Source: an uncultured Holophagales bacterium (lineage in GTDB: Bacteria > Acidobacteriota > Thermoanaerobaculia > Multivoradales > UBA5704). From it: DNA of 64,000 bases. The DNA lies in assembly GCA_963842525.1 (NCBI GenBank), contig CAWJGT010000003.1:1280001-1344000 (forward strand), read 5' to 3'. The translations under genes and the position numbers were made by a program. Of the stretch, positions 37,807 to 47,890 are shown in pieces. The notes below the pieces were generated by a model. That model ran no database searches. It saw nothing but the letters and a program-made list of their open reading frames with translations, and was not told the DNA's origin. Positions within the stretch are counted from its first letter, which is position 1. Every line of letters starts with the position of its first letter.

Positions 37807-37917
37807 ATGAGGACAGTCCGAAAGCTTGCCGTTGTGATGCTGGTCTGTAGCGCATGCCTTCTTGCCACGTCGGATATTGCGTCCGCGCAAGGGCGGCGAC
37901 GCAGCACCCTACTGTGA
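37807..37917 (+). pseudogene. Truncated secreted-protein gene (signal peptide only)
   Basis: AAGGAG RBS; MRTVRKLAVVMLVCSACLLATSDIASAQ then an early stop. Confidence 0.5.
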
Positions 37918-38060
37918 AGTTTGGTTCGACTTTAACTGGGCCTTCTGCCTTGCTGGCTGCGAGACGCAGCCCGGCTGCGATTGCGTCATGGCTACCGCTT
38001 TCTGGTCCAAATGTTGCTGTAGCGTAGATTAGTACCTCGTCACAGTCCGAGTGACGGATA

Positions 38061-38121
38061 GCCCTCCGGAAGGGCACCCACAAGGGGCGCCCCTACAGAG
38101 GGAGGATCCATCTTTTCAGAC
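38061..38121. repeat. GTAG-family REP fragment nearly identical to 312-372
   Basis: GCCCTCCGGAAGGGCACCCACAAGGGGCGCCCCTACAGAGGGA.GATCCATCTTTTCAGAC. Confidence 0.85.
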
Positions 38122-38249
38122 GGCCGGCCTTTCTGGTTGGCATTGCCGACGAGCCCGCGGCCGGCCACCAGCTCCGCGCGCTCCTTCGGGTCCATCGGCC
38201 CCCGCTTGGCCCGCTTGATCCAGATTGCGCGGAGGCGTCCAGCCGTCAC
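38122..38249 (-). pseudogene. MOSC-domain gene 5' fragment cut at the repeat
   Basis: GRLRAIWIKRAKRGPMDPKERAELVAGRGLVGNANQKGR; GTGA overlap with upstream gene. Confidence 0.7.
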
Positions 38250-38980
38250 GGCGCTGTGAACACCGTATCCGGCAGCGTGTCCAGGACCGCGATGTCGCCC
38301 AGCTCCAGCTTGCGGTCGCCGCCGACCTGGGAGCGCGTGGGGGCGAGCATGATCTTGCCGTGCTTCTGCCAGCCTTCCCATTTCCAGGCGGTCGGCTCGG
38401 AGCCGGGGGCCTGGTCCTGGAGGACGTAGGCCCAGCGGTCCATCAGGTGGGTGTCGCGGTTGATCCAGGCCCAGTACTGGTCCTTCGGCGTGAGGCCGAC
38501 GTTGCCGAAGGTGAGGTGGAGCTTGTCGTACGTCTTGCCGTCGATCTGCTCGGAGCCGGCGTATGCGAGGTTCACGCCGGGGTCGCGCAGCTTGTAGGGC
38601 ATGAGCAGCCAGTAGGTGTCGTTGATCCAGGCGCCATAAGCGCGGTCGAGCCACTCCTTGGCCGCGTCGCCTTCGAGCTTCTGGCCGTCGAGCCAGGCTT
38701 CCCCCAGCCGGGTGTTGAGGTTGTGCAGCACGACGTACTTCTTGCCGTCCTGGGCCTGCCCCTCGATCCGGTGGCGGCCGGTCCATTTGTCCCAGTTGTG
38801 GGTGCGCCGGCCGGCGAAGCTGAAGCGGAGGAACCGGGTCTGGTCCCAGGCCTCCTTGCCGCCGAGCGCCTGCATCACCTGGTCGGCGACGGACTCGGGG
38901 GTGGGGTTGGACTGGGCGGCGAGGTTGGCAACGAAGAGAGCGGCGATCGCGAAGAATGGGAGGATGCGTCGACGGAGCAT
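38246..38980 (-). CDS. Secreted hypothetical protein (LolA-like/DUF6503-like)
   Basis: AGGAGG RBS, signal peptide; ALGGKEAWD, WINDTYWLLMPYKL.DPGV, GLTPKDQY. Confidence 0.8.
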   Translation of the reverse strand: MLRRRILPFFAIAALFVANLAAQSNPTPESVADQVMQALGGKEAWDQTRFLRFSFAGRRTHNWDKWTGRHRIEGQAQDGKKYVVLHNLNTRLGEAWLDGQKLEGDAAKEWLDRAYGAWINDTYWLLMPYKLRDPGVNLAYAGSEQIDGKTYDKLHLTFGNVGLTPKDQYWAWINRDTHLMDRWAYVLQDQAPGSEPTAWKWEGWQKHGKIMLAPTRSQVGGDRKLELGDIAVLDTLPDTVFTAP

Positions 38981-39075
38981 GGGGTGGCCTCCTTTTCAGG
39001 CAGCGCGGACATCCTACACCACCCCTCCGGGCACGGCATCCGCAGGTATAGTCCCACCTGAGGGAGGGCCGCGAG

Positions 39076-41364
39076 ATGAGCACAGACACCCAAACCACCA
39101 ACCGCCTGGCCGGCGAGAGCAGCCCCTATCTCCTGCTCCATGCGCACAACCCCGTCGACTGGTACCCCTGGGGTCCCGAGGCCCTGGAGAAGGCGCGGCA
39201 GGAGGACAAGCCGATCTTCCTCTCGGTCGGGTACTCGACGTGCTACTGGTGCCACGTCATGGAGCGGGAGTCGTTCTCCAATCCCGCGGTCGCCGAGCGG
39301 ATGAACCGCGACTTCGTCAATATCAAGGTGGACCGGGAGGAGCGGCCGGACCTCGACGAGATCTATATGGCCGCCACCCAGATCCTCTCCGGCCAGGGGG
39401 GATGGCCCAACTCGGTCTTCCTGACTCCCGGCCTCAAGCCGTTCTATGCGGGGACCTACTTCCCGCCCGAGGACAAGTTCGGCCGGCCCGGGTTCGGCTC
39501 GCTCCTCCAGGGGCTCTCGGAGGCGTGGCAGGGCCGCCGGTCGGACGTCGAAGGCCAGGCCGAGGAGATGGAGAAGGCCATGCGCCGCTTCCTGGAGGAC
39601 CGGGCCCATCCGGCCGACGCTCCTCCCGGCGCTCATCTCGCCGCCCGGGCTCTCGACTCGCTCGCCCGCCGCTTCGACAGCCAGTGGGGCGGCTTCGGCG
39701 GCGCGCCTAAGTTTCCGACCCCGTCCAACCTCTATCTCGCTCTGGAGATGGCGGACGAGCGGCCGGAAGCCGGGCAGATGCTCGCCGCAACCCTTGATCA
39801 GATGGCGCGCGGCGGCATCTATGACCAACTCGGCGGCGGTTTCCACCGCTATGCCACGGACCGCGAGTGGAAGGTGCCGCACTTCGAGAAGATGCTCTAC
39901 GACAACGGCTTCCTCCTGGAGATCTATGCCCGTGAGCACGCCCGCACGGGCGACCGGCAGGCGGCCCGGATCGTCCGCGAGACCGCGGCCTGGATCGCCC
40001 GCGAGATGACCTCTCCCGAGGGCGCCTTCTGGAGCGCCATCGACGCCGAGACCCACGGCCACGAGGGGGCCTATTACGTGTGGAGCGCGGCCGAGCTGCG
40101 CGAGGCCCTGGGCGCGGAGGACGCGACGTTCCTCGCGCCTCTCCTCGGCTTCGATGGTCCGCCGTTCTTCGAGCAGACCCACTACGTCCTCCACCTGCCG
40201 CAGCGGCTGGAGGAGGCGGCGGAGCAGCGCCGGATGCCGGTGGACGAGCTGGAGCGCGAGGTGAAGCAATTCGAGGAAAAACTCCTCGCGGCCCGCTTCC
40301 GCCGCGACCGGCCGCTGACCGACGACAAGATCCTCGCCGACTGGAACGGCATGGCCATCTCGGGCCTGGCCGTGGCGGGCCAGCTCCTGAACGAGCCGTC
40401 CTTCGTCGAGCAGGCGGTCCGGGCGGCGGACTTCGTCCTCACCCGGATGCGTCCGTCCGGCGGGACGCTGCTCCATGCCTGGCGGCAGGGACAGGGCCAA
40501 GGGAAGGCAAAAATCCCGGCCTATCTGTCCGACTACGCTTTCTTCGTCCGCGGCCTGCTCGACCTGCACCGGGCCACAGGGGAAGAGCGCTGGCTCTCGG
40601 CCGCGGCCGAGCTGACGGAAGAGCAGATCGTGCGGCTGCGCGATCCCCAAGGCGGCTTCTTCGTGGCCGGCGAGAGCCCGGATCTCCTCTTCCGCAGCAA
40701 GGACGTGTTCGACGGCGCGACTCCGTCGGCCAACGCGGTCGCGGCGCTCAACCTCCTGGACCTTGCGGAGCGCACGGACGAGGGGGTCTGGCGGAACGGT
40801 GCGCGCGCCGCCCTCAAGGCTTTCGCGCCGCTCGCCGAGACGCACACCGAGGCCGTCCGCATGCTGGTGATCGCGGTGCGCCGCTACCATGCCACGGCGC
40901 AGGACGGCGACACGCTCGACGAGGGCACGGCCGAGGAGCACGCGGCCTGGGAGCGGTCTGCCGAGGCAACCGGAGTGGAGAAGCTCGCCGCCGCGGCCGG
41001 GTCGCTCGTCACCCCGGAGCTGCATCTGGACGAGGAGCGGGACGGCTGGCGTCCGTTCCGTCTGGCTTTGACCATCGAGCCCGGCTGGCATATCCAGGCG
41101 AACCCCGCCTCTGAGGAGTTCCTGGTCCCGACCACGGTCCGCGCCGAGGGAGCGCAGCTCCGGGGCCTCCACTATCCGCCGCCCCGGGAGCTGCCCTCGC
41201 GGATGTCCGAGAAGCCGCTCTCGGTCTGGGACGGCACGGTCGAGGTCACCGGCGAGCTCGGGGAGCTGACCCCCGGCGCCAGGCTTCACCTCACCTTCCA
41301 GCCCTGCGACGACCTCCGTTGTCTGCCGGAGGTGACGGAGGAGGTGGCGGTGCTGCCGATGTGA
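39076..41364 (+). CDS. DUF255/YyaL thioredoxin-domain protein with C-terminal DsbD-N-like domain
   Basis: [40 protein letters not shown]; GWHI...YP...QPCDDLRCL. Confidence 0.9.
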   Translation: MSTDTQTTNRLAGESSPYLLLHAHNPVDWYPWGPEALEKARQEDKPIFLSVGYSTCYWCHVMERESFSNPAVAERMNRDFVNIKVDREERPDLDEIYMAATQILSGQGGWPNSVFLTPGLKPFYAGTYFPPEDKFGRPGFGSLLQGLSEAWQGRRSDVEGQAEEMEKAMRRFLEDRAHPADAPPGAHLAARALDSLARRFDSQWGGFGGAPKFPTPSNLYLALEMADERPEAGQMLAATLDQMARGGIYDQLGGGFHRYATDREWKVPHFEKMLYDNGFLLEIYAREHARTGDRQAARIVRETAAWIAREMTSPEGAFWSAIDAETHGHEGAYYVWSAAELREALGAEDATFLAPLLGFDGPPFFEQTHYVLHLPQRLEEAAEQRRMPVDELEREVKQFEEKLLAARFRRDRPLTDDKILADWNGMAISGLAVAGQLLNEPSFVEQAVRAADFVLTRMRPSGGTLLHAWRQGQGQGKAKIPAYLSDYAFFVRGLLDLHRATGEERWLSAAAELTEEQIVRLRDPQGGFFVAGESPDLLFRSKDVFDGATPSANAVAALNLLDLAERTDEGVWRNGARAALKAFAPLAETHTEAVRMLVIAVRRYHATAQDGDTLDEGTAEEHAAWERSAEATGVEKLAAAAGSLVTPELHLDEERDGWRPFRLALTIEPGWHIQANPASEEFLVPTTVRAEGAQLRGLHYPPPRELPSRMSEKPLSVWDGTVEVTGELGELTPGARLHLTFQPCDDLRCLPEVTEEVAVLPM

Positions 41365-41567
41365 CCTCACCCCCTGTCCCCCTCTCCCGTCGCCCCCCCT
41401 TCCCCCGGGAGAGGGGGGACGTGGTTGTTGCTCTGAGGGGATAGCGGGCAGTTTCTTCTCAGAAACTCTTTCTCGAGAAAGCCTCGACCTCGCCTCCAAG
41501 CTCCAGCTACGTCCCCCCTCTCCCGGTCGGTGGGAGGGCGATGGGAGAGGGGGACAGGGGGTGAGGT
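41365..41567. repeat. REP doublet (CCTCACCCC family)
   Basis: CCTCACCCCCTGTCCCCCTCTCCC ... GGGAGAGGGGGACAGGGGGTGAGG. Confidence 0.85.
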
Positions 41568-41594
41568 TCCGCCGGGCATATAATGCCGCTGACT

Positions 41595-42965
41595 ATGTCC
41601 CTCCAACCTCGCCTTGCGCACCGGAACCGTCGCGCGGCAGCGTGCACCCTGCCTCTCGTCCTTGCCTCGCTCCTCCTCCCCTTGCTGAGCTTTGCCCAGC
41701 CGGCCGCATCAGGGCCGCAGGCGCCGCGGGAGGTGATCCTTGCGCGGGTGGATTCGATCATCCATCCGATTTCGGCGGAGCTGATCGAGGATGCGATCCG
41801 CGAGGCCGACCAGAGCGGGGCGGCGGCGGTGGTGATCCAGCTCAGCACGCCCGGCGGTCTCATGACCTCGACCCGGAAGATCACCACCGCGATGCTGGGT
41901 GCGCGGACCCCGGTGGTGGTTTATGTGGCGCCCGATGGGGCCCAGTCCGCCTCGGCCGGGTTCTTCATCCTGATGGCGGCCGATGTGGCGGCCATGGCCC
42001 CGAACACCAACACGGGAGCGGCGCACCCGGTGGGCGGACAGGGCGAGGACATCGAAGGCAATATGGGGAAGAAGGCGGAGCAGGACGCCGCGGCCAACAT
42101 CCGGGCGCTCGCCGCGCGCAACGGCCGCAACGTGCAGCTCGCCGAGAAGGCGGTGGTGGAGAGCCTGTCCTTCACGGCCCGGGAGGCCCTCCGGTCCCGG
42201 CTGATCGAGGTCGTCGCGCGCGACCTCCCGCAGCTCCTGCGCACCCTTGACGGCCGGCAGGTCCGCAAGGGCGCCGGGACGGTGACCCTCCACACCGCGG
42301 ACGCCACCGTGCGCGAGGTCGAGATGTCGCCGCTGCGCAAGTTCCTCGCCCACATCGCGGACCCGAACATCGCCTACATGCTGCTCACCTTGGGAGGGCT
42401 CGGCATCTACTTCGAGCTGATGAACCCGGGCTCCATCCTGCCCGGCGTGGTGGGCGGCATCTGCCTGATCCTCGCCTTCTTCGCGCTGTCGATCCTGCCG
42501 GTCAATGCCGCCGGCCTGGCTCTCCTCTTCCTCGCCCTGATCTTTTTCATCGCGGAGATCAAGGTGGTCAGCCACGGCGTGCTCGGCATCGGCGGCGTCA
42601 TCTCGCTGGTGATCGGCTCGCTGATGCTGTTCAAGACGCCGGATTCGGTGCTGCGGGTGAGCTTCGGGATCATCGGCAGCCTGACTCTCTTCGCCGCGGC
42701 CCTCGTGGGGCTGTTGCTCTTCATGGCCGTGCGGGTGCAGCGCGAGCCCGTGCGGACGGGAGTCGAGGGGCTCCTCCACGAGCGGGGGACCGCCCGCACG
42801 CCTCTCGAGCCGCGCGGCAAGGTGCTCATCCATGGCGAGATCTGGGATGCCGTGGCCGAGGCCCCTGTCGGCTCCGGCGACACCGTCGAAGTCGTGGGCG
42901 TGCGCAATCTGACCCTGCTGGTCCGGCCCCAGAGACCGGACCTTACCCTCTCAAGCCAGGTATAG
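41595..42965 (+). CDS. nfeD: NfeD membrane-bound serine protease
   Basis: STPGG, SASAG, GAAHPV, TMs, C-terminal OB (GEIWDA); adjacent SPFH gene. Confidence 0.9.
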   Translation: MSLQPRLAHRNRRAAACTLPLVLASLLLPLLSFAQPAASGPQAPREVILARVDSIIHPISAELIEDAIREADQSGAAAVVIQLSTPGGLMTSTRKITTAMLGARTPVVVYVAPDGAQSASAGFFILMAADVAAMAPNTNTGAAHPVGGQGEDIEGNMGKKAEQDAAANIRALAARNGRNVQLAEKAVVESLSFTAREALRSRLIEVVARDLPQLLRTLDGRQVRKGAGTVTLHTADATVREVEMSPLRKFLAHIADPNIAYMLLTLGGLGIYFELMNPGSILPGVVGGICLILAFFALSILPVNAAGLALLFLALIFFIAEIKVVSHGVLGIGGVISLVIGSLMLFKTPDSVLRVSFGIIGSLTLFAAALVGLLLFMAVRVQREPVRTGVEGLLHERGTARTPLEPRGKVLIHGEIWDAVAEAPVGSGDTVEVVGVRNLTLLVRPQRPDLTLSSQV

Positions 42966-42980
42966 CGGAAGGGAGATGCC

Positions 42981-43736
42981 ATGGAAAGCTTTTACGGGCC
43001 GGGCCTGATCGTCATCATCGGGCTGTTCATCCTGTCGCGCTGGATCAACATCCTCAACGAATACGAGCGCGCCGTCACCTTCTGGCTCGGCCGCCTGTCG
43101 CGCCAGCCCAAGGGACCCGGGCTGGTCTTCATCTTCTGGCCCTTCGAGAAGATGGTGAAGGTCTCGCTGCGCACGATCGTGCTCGACGTGCCGCCGCAGG
43201 ACGTCATCACGCGGGACAACGTCTCGGTCAAGGTCAACGCGGTGCTCTACTTCCGCGTGGTGGAGCCAGCGAAGGCCATCGTCGAGGTCGAGAACTTCCT
43301 CTACGCCACCAGCCAGCTCGCGCAGACGACGTTGCGGTCGGTGCTCGGTCAGGCCGAGCTCGACGATCTGCTGTCCGCGCGGGAACAGCTCAACTCCAAG
43401 CTCCAGGAGATCATCGACACGCACACCGACCCCTGGGGGATCAAGGTCTCCATGGTGGAGGTCAAGCACGTCGACCTGCCGCAGGAGATGCAGCGGGCCA
43501 TGGCGCGCCAGGCGGAGGCCGAGCGCGAAAAACGCGCTAAGATCATCCACGCCGAGGGCGAGCTGCAGGCGTCGCACAAGCTCGGCGAGGCGGCCGAGAT
43601 CTTCGGGCAGAACGCCGTGACCCTGCAGCTCCGCTACCTGCAGACGCTGGTGGAAATCTCCGCGGAGAAGAACTCGACGATCATCTTCCCGCTGCCGATC
43701 GATCTCATCAGGGCGTTCCTCGGCCGTGAACCGTAA
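42981..43736 (+). CDS. SPFH/stomatin (slipin) protein
   Basis: [42 protein letters not shown]. Confidence 0.95.
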   Translation: MESFYGPGLIVIIGLFILSRWINILNEYERAVTFWLGRLSRQPKGPGLVFIFWPFEKMVKVSLRTIVLDVPPQDVITRDNVSVKVNAVLYFRVVEPAKAIVEVENFLYATSQLAQTTLRSVLGQAELDDLLSAREQLNSKLQEIIDTHTDPWGIKVSMVEVKHVDLPQEMQRAMARQAEAEREKRAKIIHAEGELQASHKLGEAAEIFGQNAVTLQLRYLQTLVEISAEKNSTIIFPLPIDLIRAFLGREP

Positions 43737-43753
43737 GAAGCTTCGGAGATGAT

Positions 43754-44500
43754 GTGACGAATTCCCACGAGCCCAGCTACTACGAGATCGCTCTGACCAA
43801 CCGTCAGGTGATCGTCGCCTTCGTGATCCTCCTCCTCTGCCTTGTGGGCGCGTTCTTCTCGGGCGTCTGGATCGGCCGCGAGAGCGGTGTGCGGGCGGCC
43901 GATCAGATGGTCCGCAACACGCCGCCGCAGCAGGAGGAAGAGACGAAGGAAGGGCAGAACCTCGAGGAGCTCGAGTTCTTCGAGTCCGACCAGGCGCAGG
44001 GGAGCCCCGCGCAGCCGCCGGCGGAGCCGACGCCCCGGCCCGAGCAGACCGGCACCACCCTGGCGGAAGACTTCGGCGCCGGCGAGGAGGAGGGGGAGGA
44101 GGAGCCCGCCCCGCGGAGGGTCGAGCCGACCCCGGCGCCCGCGCGTCCGGACCGTACGCCGGACAAGCCTCGGGTGACCTTCCCGGAAGAGGGGGGCGAG
44201 GAGCCGGCGCGCCCGCAGCGGACCACGCCCCCGTCTCCTACCCCTGTGCCCGCTGCGGACACCGCGGCGGGGCGGATGGTGATCCAGGTCTTCTCGTCGT
44301 CCGAGAAGGACCAGGCGGAGAAGATCCGCGAGCGGCTGGCGGGGGGAGGCCACAAGGCCTACCTCTCGCCGGTCGAGGTCGGCGGACGCACCATGTATCG
44401 TGTCCGCATCGGACCCTTCGATACGCGTGACCGGGCTCAGAAGGTCGCCGAGCAGGTGCGCAAGGGATTCAAGCTCGACACCTGGGTCACCGAGGAGTGA
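43754..44500 (+). CDS. SPOR-domain cell-division protein
   Basis: N-terminal TM, Pro/Glu linker, IQVFS...YRVRIGPF. Confidence 0.85.
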   Translation: MTNSHEPSYYEIALTNRQVIVAFVILLLCLVGAFFSGVWIGRESGVRAADQMVRNTPPQQEEETKEGQNLEELEFFESDQAQGSPAQPPAEPTPRPEQTGTTLAEDFGAGEEEGEEEPAPRRVEPTPAPARPDRTPDKPRVTFPEEGGEEPARPQRTTPPSPTPVPAADTAAGRMVIQVFSSSEKDQAEKIRERLAGGGHKAYLSPVEVGGRTMYRVRIGPFDTRDRAQKVAEQVRKGFKLDTWVTEE

Positions 44501-46011
44501 TCCCCTACCTCGTCGCCATCGTTGGCGGCGTCCTGTGGGGGCTGTGCTTCGGCCGCGACCCGTTCGAGGTCGCCTCCTGGTTTGCGCTCGCTCCGCTGTT
44601 CCTGCTTTTCCGTTTTCGCAACGCCGGCCGGCTCGCCTTCGTCCACGGCTTCGTGGGCTGGATGGTGGCGCTGTTCTGGATCTCGCCGACCCTGGTGTCC
44701 TACGGCGGCATCGCTTGGCCCCTGGCGGTTCCGCTGAACGGTCTGCTCGCGGCCTATCTCGCGGGCTTCCAGGCGGTCTTCGGCTGGCTCGGCGGTCGGA
44801 TCTGGCGGCAATTTCCGGGGTGGCCGGGTTGGCGGCTGCTCGCCCTGCCCGCGCTCTGGGTGGCCCTCGAATGGCTGCGCACCTATCTCTTCGGCGGTTT
44901 TCCCTGGAACCTCGCGGCCTACGCCTGGGTGGACGTGGCGGGGGCCCTGCCGCTCGCCGCGTGGACCGGTCCGTACGGGATCTCGTTCCTGGTCCTGCTG
45001 ACGAGCGTGGGGGTGGCGGCCGCTGTGGAGAGCCGGCGGTGGGAGCCGGTCGCCGTCGCGTTCGCGGTGCCGCTGCTCCTCCTGCCCGTCGCGGCCCGCT
45101 GGAGCACGCGCCTGTCGGAAGCCGATGCCCTGGCGACGCAGGCATTGCCCGAGGTGGGCCTGCCGGTGCGGCTGCTCCAGCCGAACATCCCGAACCTGAC
45201 TGTCTGGGACGAGCAGGCGGTGCTCCGCAACTACCGCAAGGTGATCGACCTTTCGACGAAGAATTGCCGGCCCGGTACCCTGGTCATCTGGCCCGAGAGC
45301 GCGGCCTGGCCCTTCTCCTATGCGCGGGACCCTGCCCTGGCTCAGGACCTCCAGGAGATGGTGGCGCGGGGCTGCACCGTGCTCTTCAATTCGAGCCATC
45401 CGGTGGGTGATTCGTTTTACAACTCGGCCTATCTCCTGGCGCCCGGGGGGAGGGTGGCGCGCTACGACAAGCGGCACCTGGTGCCATTCGGCGAGTACAT
45501 CCCTTTCAAGGGGCTCTTCTCCTGGATGGACAAGCTGGCGAGGAATGCCGGAGACTTCCGCCGGGCCGATCAGCTCACCCTGCTGGACCTGCCGCTGCGG
45601 GAGGACAAGCTCGGCATGTCCATCTGCTACGAGATCGTCTTCCCCGACGAGGTCGTGGACCTCACGCGCGCCGGGGCCACGATCCTGGTGACGATCACCA
45701 ATGACGCCTGGTATGGCGACACGGCCGCGCCGTGGCAGCACTTCCGCGCCGCCCGCTTCCGCGCCGCCGAGAACCGCCGGCCGCTGCTGCGCGCCGCCAT
45801 CACCGGCGTCTCCGCCGTGGTCGGCTCGGACGGCTCGGTCTGGGAGCAGATCGACGTCTTCCAGGAAGGCGTCATCAGCCGCTGGGTCGTCGGCAAGAGC
45901 GGCCTCACCCCCTACGCCCGGCAACCCTGGCTGGTGCCGATCCTGTGCACGCTGGTGGCGGTGGTGGCGGTTTCCATGGTATATTTTGCCCGCGGGCGCG
46001 CCGAAGGCTGA
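44497..46011 (+). CDS. lnt: Apolipoprotein N-acyltransferase
   Basis: GFPW, QPNI, WPESA, YDKRHLVPFGEY, ICYE, TNDAWY. Confidence 0.95.
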   Translation: MIPYLVAIVGGVLWGLCFGRDPFEVASWFALAPLFLLFRFRNAGRLAFVHGFVGWMVALFWISPTLVSYGGIAWPLAVPLNGLLAAYLAGFQAVFGWLGGRIWRQFPGWPGWRLLALPALWVALEWLRTYLFGGFPWNLAAYAWVDVAGALPLAAWTGPYGISFLVLLTSVGVAAAVESRRWEPVAVAFAVPLLLLPVAARWSTRLSEADALATQALPEVGLPVRLLQPNIPNLTVWDEQAVLRNYRKVIDLSTKNCRPGTLVIWPESAAWPFSYARDPALAQDLQEMVARGCTVLFNSSHPVGDSFYNSAYLLAPGGRVARYDKRHLVPFGEYIPFKGLFSWMDKLARNAGDFRRADQLTLLDLPLREDKLGMSICYEIVFPDEVVDLTRAGATILVTITNDAWYGDTAAPWQHFRAARFRAAENRRPLLRAAITGVSAVVGSDGSVWEQIDVFQEGVISRWVVGKSGLTPYARQPWLVPILCTLVAVVAVSMVYFARGRAEG

Positions 46012-46034
46012 CCGGGCTGCTCAGGAGGTGGGAG

Positions 46035-46286
46035 ATGGTCAAAGCAACCTTGAGGGCTGGCGTCATTCAGCCAGAGTCCATCTTGCCGGATAACTGGTCA
46101 GAGGGGCAGGAGCTCATCATAGAGGCTGCTCCCCCCGTCCCGGACGACCTCGACGCATGGTCGCGAGAGATCGATGAAATGGCCTCGAAGATCCCTCCAG
46201 AGGACTTTGAGCGCCTGCAGGCTGCACTGGCCGAGGCCAACCGGGAGGCCAAGGAATACGTCCGGCGGCAAATGGGCCTGAGCTGA
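46035..46286 (+). CDS. Putative antitoxin
   Basis: Small acidic ORF with AGGAGG RBS immediately upstream of a PIN gene. Confidence 0.7.
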   Translation: MVKATLRAGVIQPESILPDNWSEGQELIIEAAPPVPDDLDAWSREIDEMASKIPPEDFERLQAALAEANREAKEYVRRQMGLS

Positions 46287-46288
46287 GC

Positions 46289-46687
46289 GTGCAATTTCTC
46301 CTGGACACCAACCATCTGAGCGTCGCGGTTACGCCGGGTTCCCATCTGCGGGAACGCATTGTGTGGATGCAGAAGATGGGGGCTCGGATAGGGACCTGTG
46401 TTCCTGCTCTGTGTGAGCTGGAGAGGGGGATTCCGCGCGTTCGCGATCCTCAGTACTACCGCAAGATCCTGTCGCGGTTCCTCGAGAAAATTCAGATCTG
46501 GCCCCTGGATCTGACCACAGCACGGCTCTACGGTGATGTCTTTCATCAGCTCCAGCGCCGCGGTTGCGTCTGCTCTCAGGTCGATATGATGCTGGCAGCC
46601 CTCGCACGCCAGTGCGGCATGACCCTCCTCACTTCGGATAAGGACTTCGACGCCCTCCCGGAGCTTTCCGTCGAGAACTGGCTCTGA
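46289..46687 (+). CDS. vapC: VapC PIN-domain toxin
   Basis: LLDTN, E, DMMLAA, LLTSDKDF, VENW. Confidence 0.88.
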   Translation: MQFLLDTNHLSVAVTPGSHLRERIVWMQKMGARIGTCVPALCELERGIPRVRDPQYYRKILSRFLEKIQIWPLDLTTARLYGDVFHQLQRRGCVCSQVDMMLAALARQCGMTLLTSDKDFDALPELSVENWL

Positions 46688-46745
46688 ATTCCGCGGGAAT
46701 AGACGCCCCGCCGGTTACGATATATTCGCCGGGAGGAGAACGACC

Positions 46746-47866
46746 ATGATTGCCTCTGACGTTCAACAGCGGATCGACATGCTCGCCGAGCAGCTCACCA
46801 ATATCCGGGGGTATCTTTGAAGAAGCCGGCCTCGAGCAGCAGATGTCGGACATCGACCGGCAGATGCAGCAGGACGGCTTCTGGAACAACCCCACCCAGC
46901 ACGCGTCCATCATGCAGCAGCGCCGCCAGCTCGAGCGGCGCATCCAGACCCTGAACCGCCTGCGCTCTGACGCCGACGAGCTCGAGACCTGGCGCCAGCT
47001 CTTGGAGGAGGGCGAGTCCGACGACGAATTCGGCCGCTTCCTCGACCGGCTCCAGGGAGAGCTGGAAAAGCTGGAGCTGGAAGCTCAAGCTCTCCGGGCC
47101 CGATGACGACAAGAACGCCATCGTCGCCATCCACCCCGGCGCCGGCGGCACCGAGTCCCAGGACTGGGCCGAGATGCTCCTGCGCATGTACCTGCGCTGG
47201 GCCGAGCAGCACGACCATCAAGTCGAAATGCTCGACCGGCAGGAGGGCGAGGAGGCCGGCATCAAGAGCGCCGTCTTCGCCGTCCGCGGTCCCAACGCCT
47301 ATGGTTACCTTTCGGGCGAGGCCGGCGTCCACCGCCTGGTGCGCATCAGCCCGTTCAACTTCCAGGCGCGGCGCCACACCTCCTTCGCCTCGGTCGACGT
47401 CTATCCGGAGGTCGACGACACCATCGAGATCAACATCGACGACAAGGACCTGAAGATCGACACCTACCGGTCCTCGGGGGCCGGCGGCCAGCACGTCAAC
47501 AAGACCGAATCGGCAGTGCGCATCACCCATATGCCGAGCGGGATCGTGGTGGCCTGCCAGAACGAGCGGAGCCAGATCAAGAACCGGGCGATGGCCATGA
47601 AGGTCCTGCGCTCGCGGCTGTACGACCGCGAGATGCAGAAGCGCCAGGCCGAGCAAGCCGAGCGCGAGGGCAAGAAGATGGACAACTCCTGGGGCAGCCA
47701 GATCCGCAGCTACGTCCTCCACCCCTACCGTCTGGTGAAGGACCACCGCACCGGCGCCGAGGTCGGCGACGCCAGCCGGGTCCTGGACGGCAACGTCGAT
47801 CCCTTCATCGAAGCCTGGCTCAAGGGGCAGATGGCTGCTCCGGGCAAGGACGATCTGGCGTTCTAA
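46746..47866 (+). CDS. prfB: Peptide chain release factor 2 with programmed +1 frameshift at 46815-46821 (extra indel near 47081)
   Basis: 24 codons ending GGGGG TAT CTT TGA; [35 protein letters not shown]. Confidence 0.95.
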
Positions 47867-47890
47867 CCTCCGCGAGCGGGGGAGCGTGTT

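Noticed and set aside
38116-38125. Neisseria DNA uptake sequence GCCGTCTGAA on the minus strand
   Set aside because: Only one copy noticed, formed at a repeat junction; uptake sequences occur at high density
47075-47090. Second programmed frameshift in prfB
   Set aside because: No slippery site; same extra-G pattern as other probable sequencing errors
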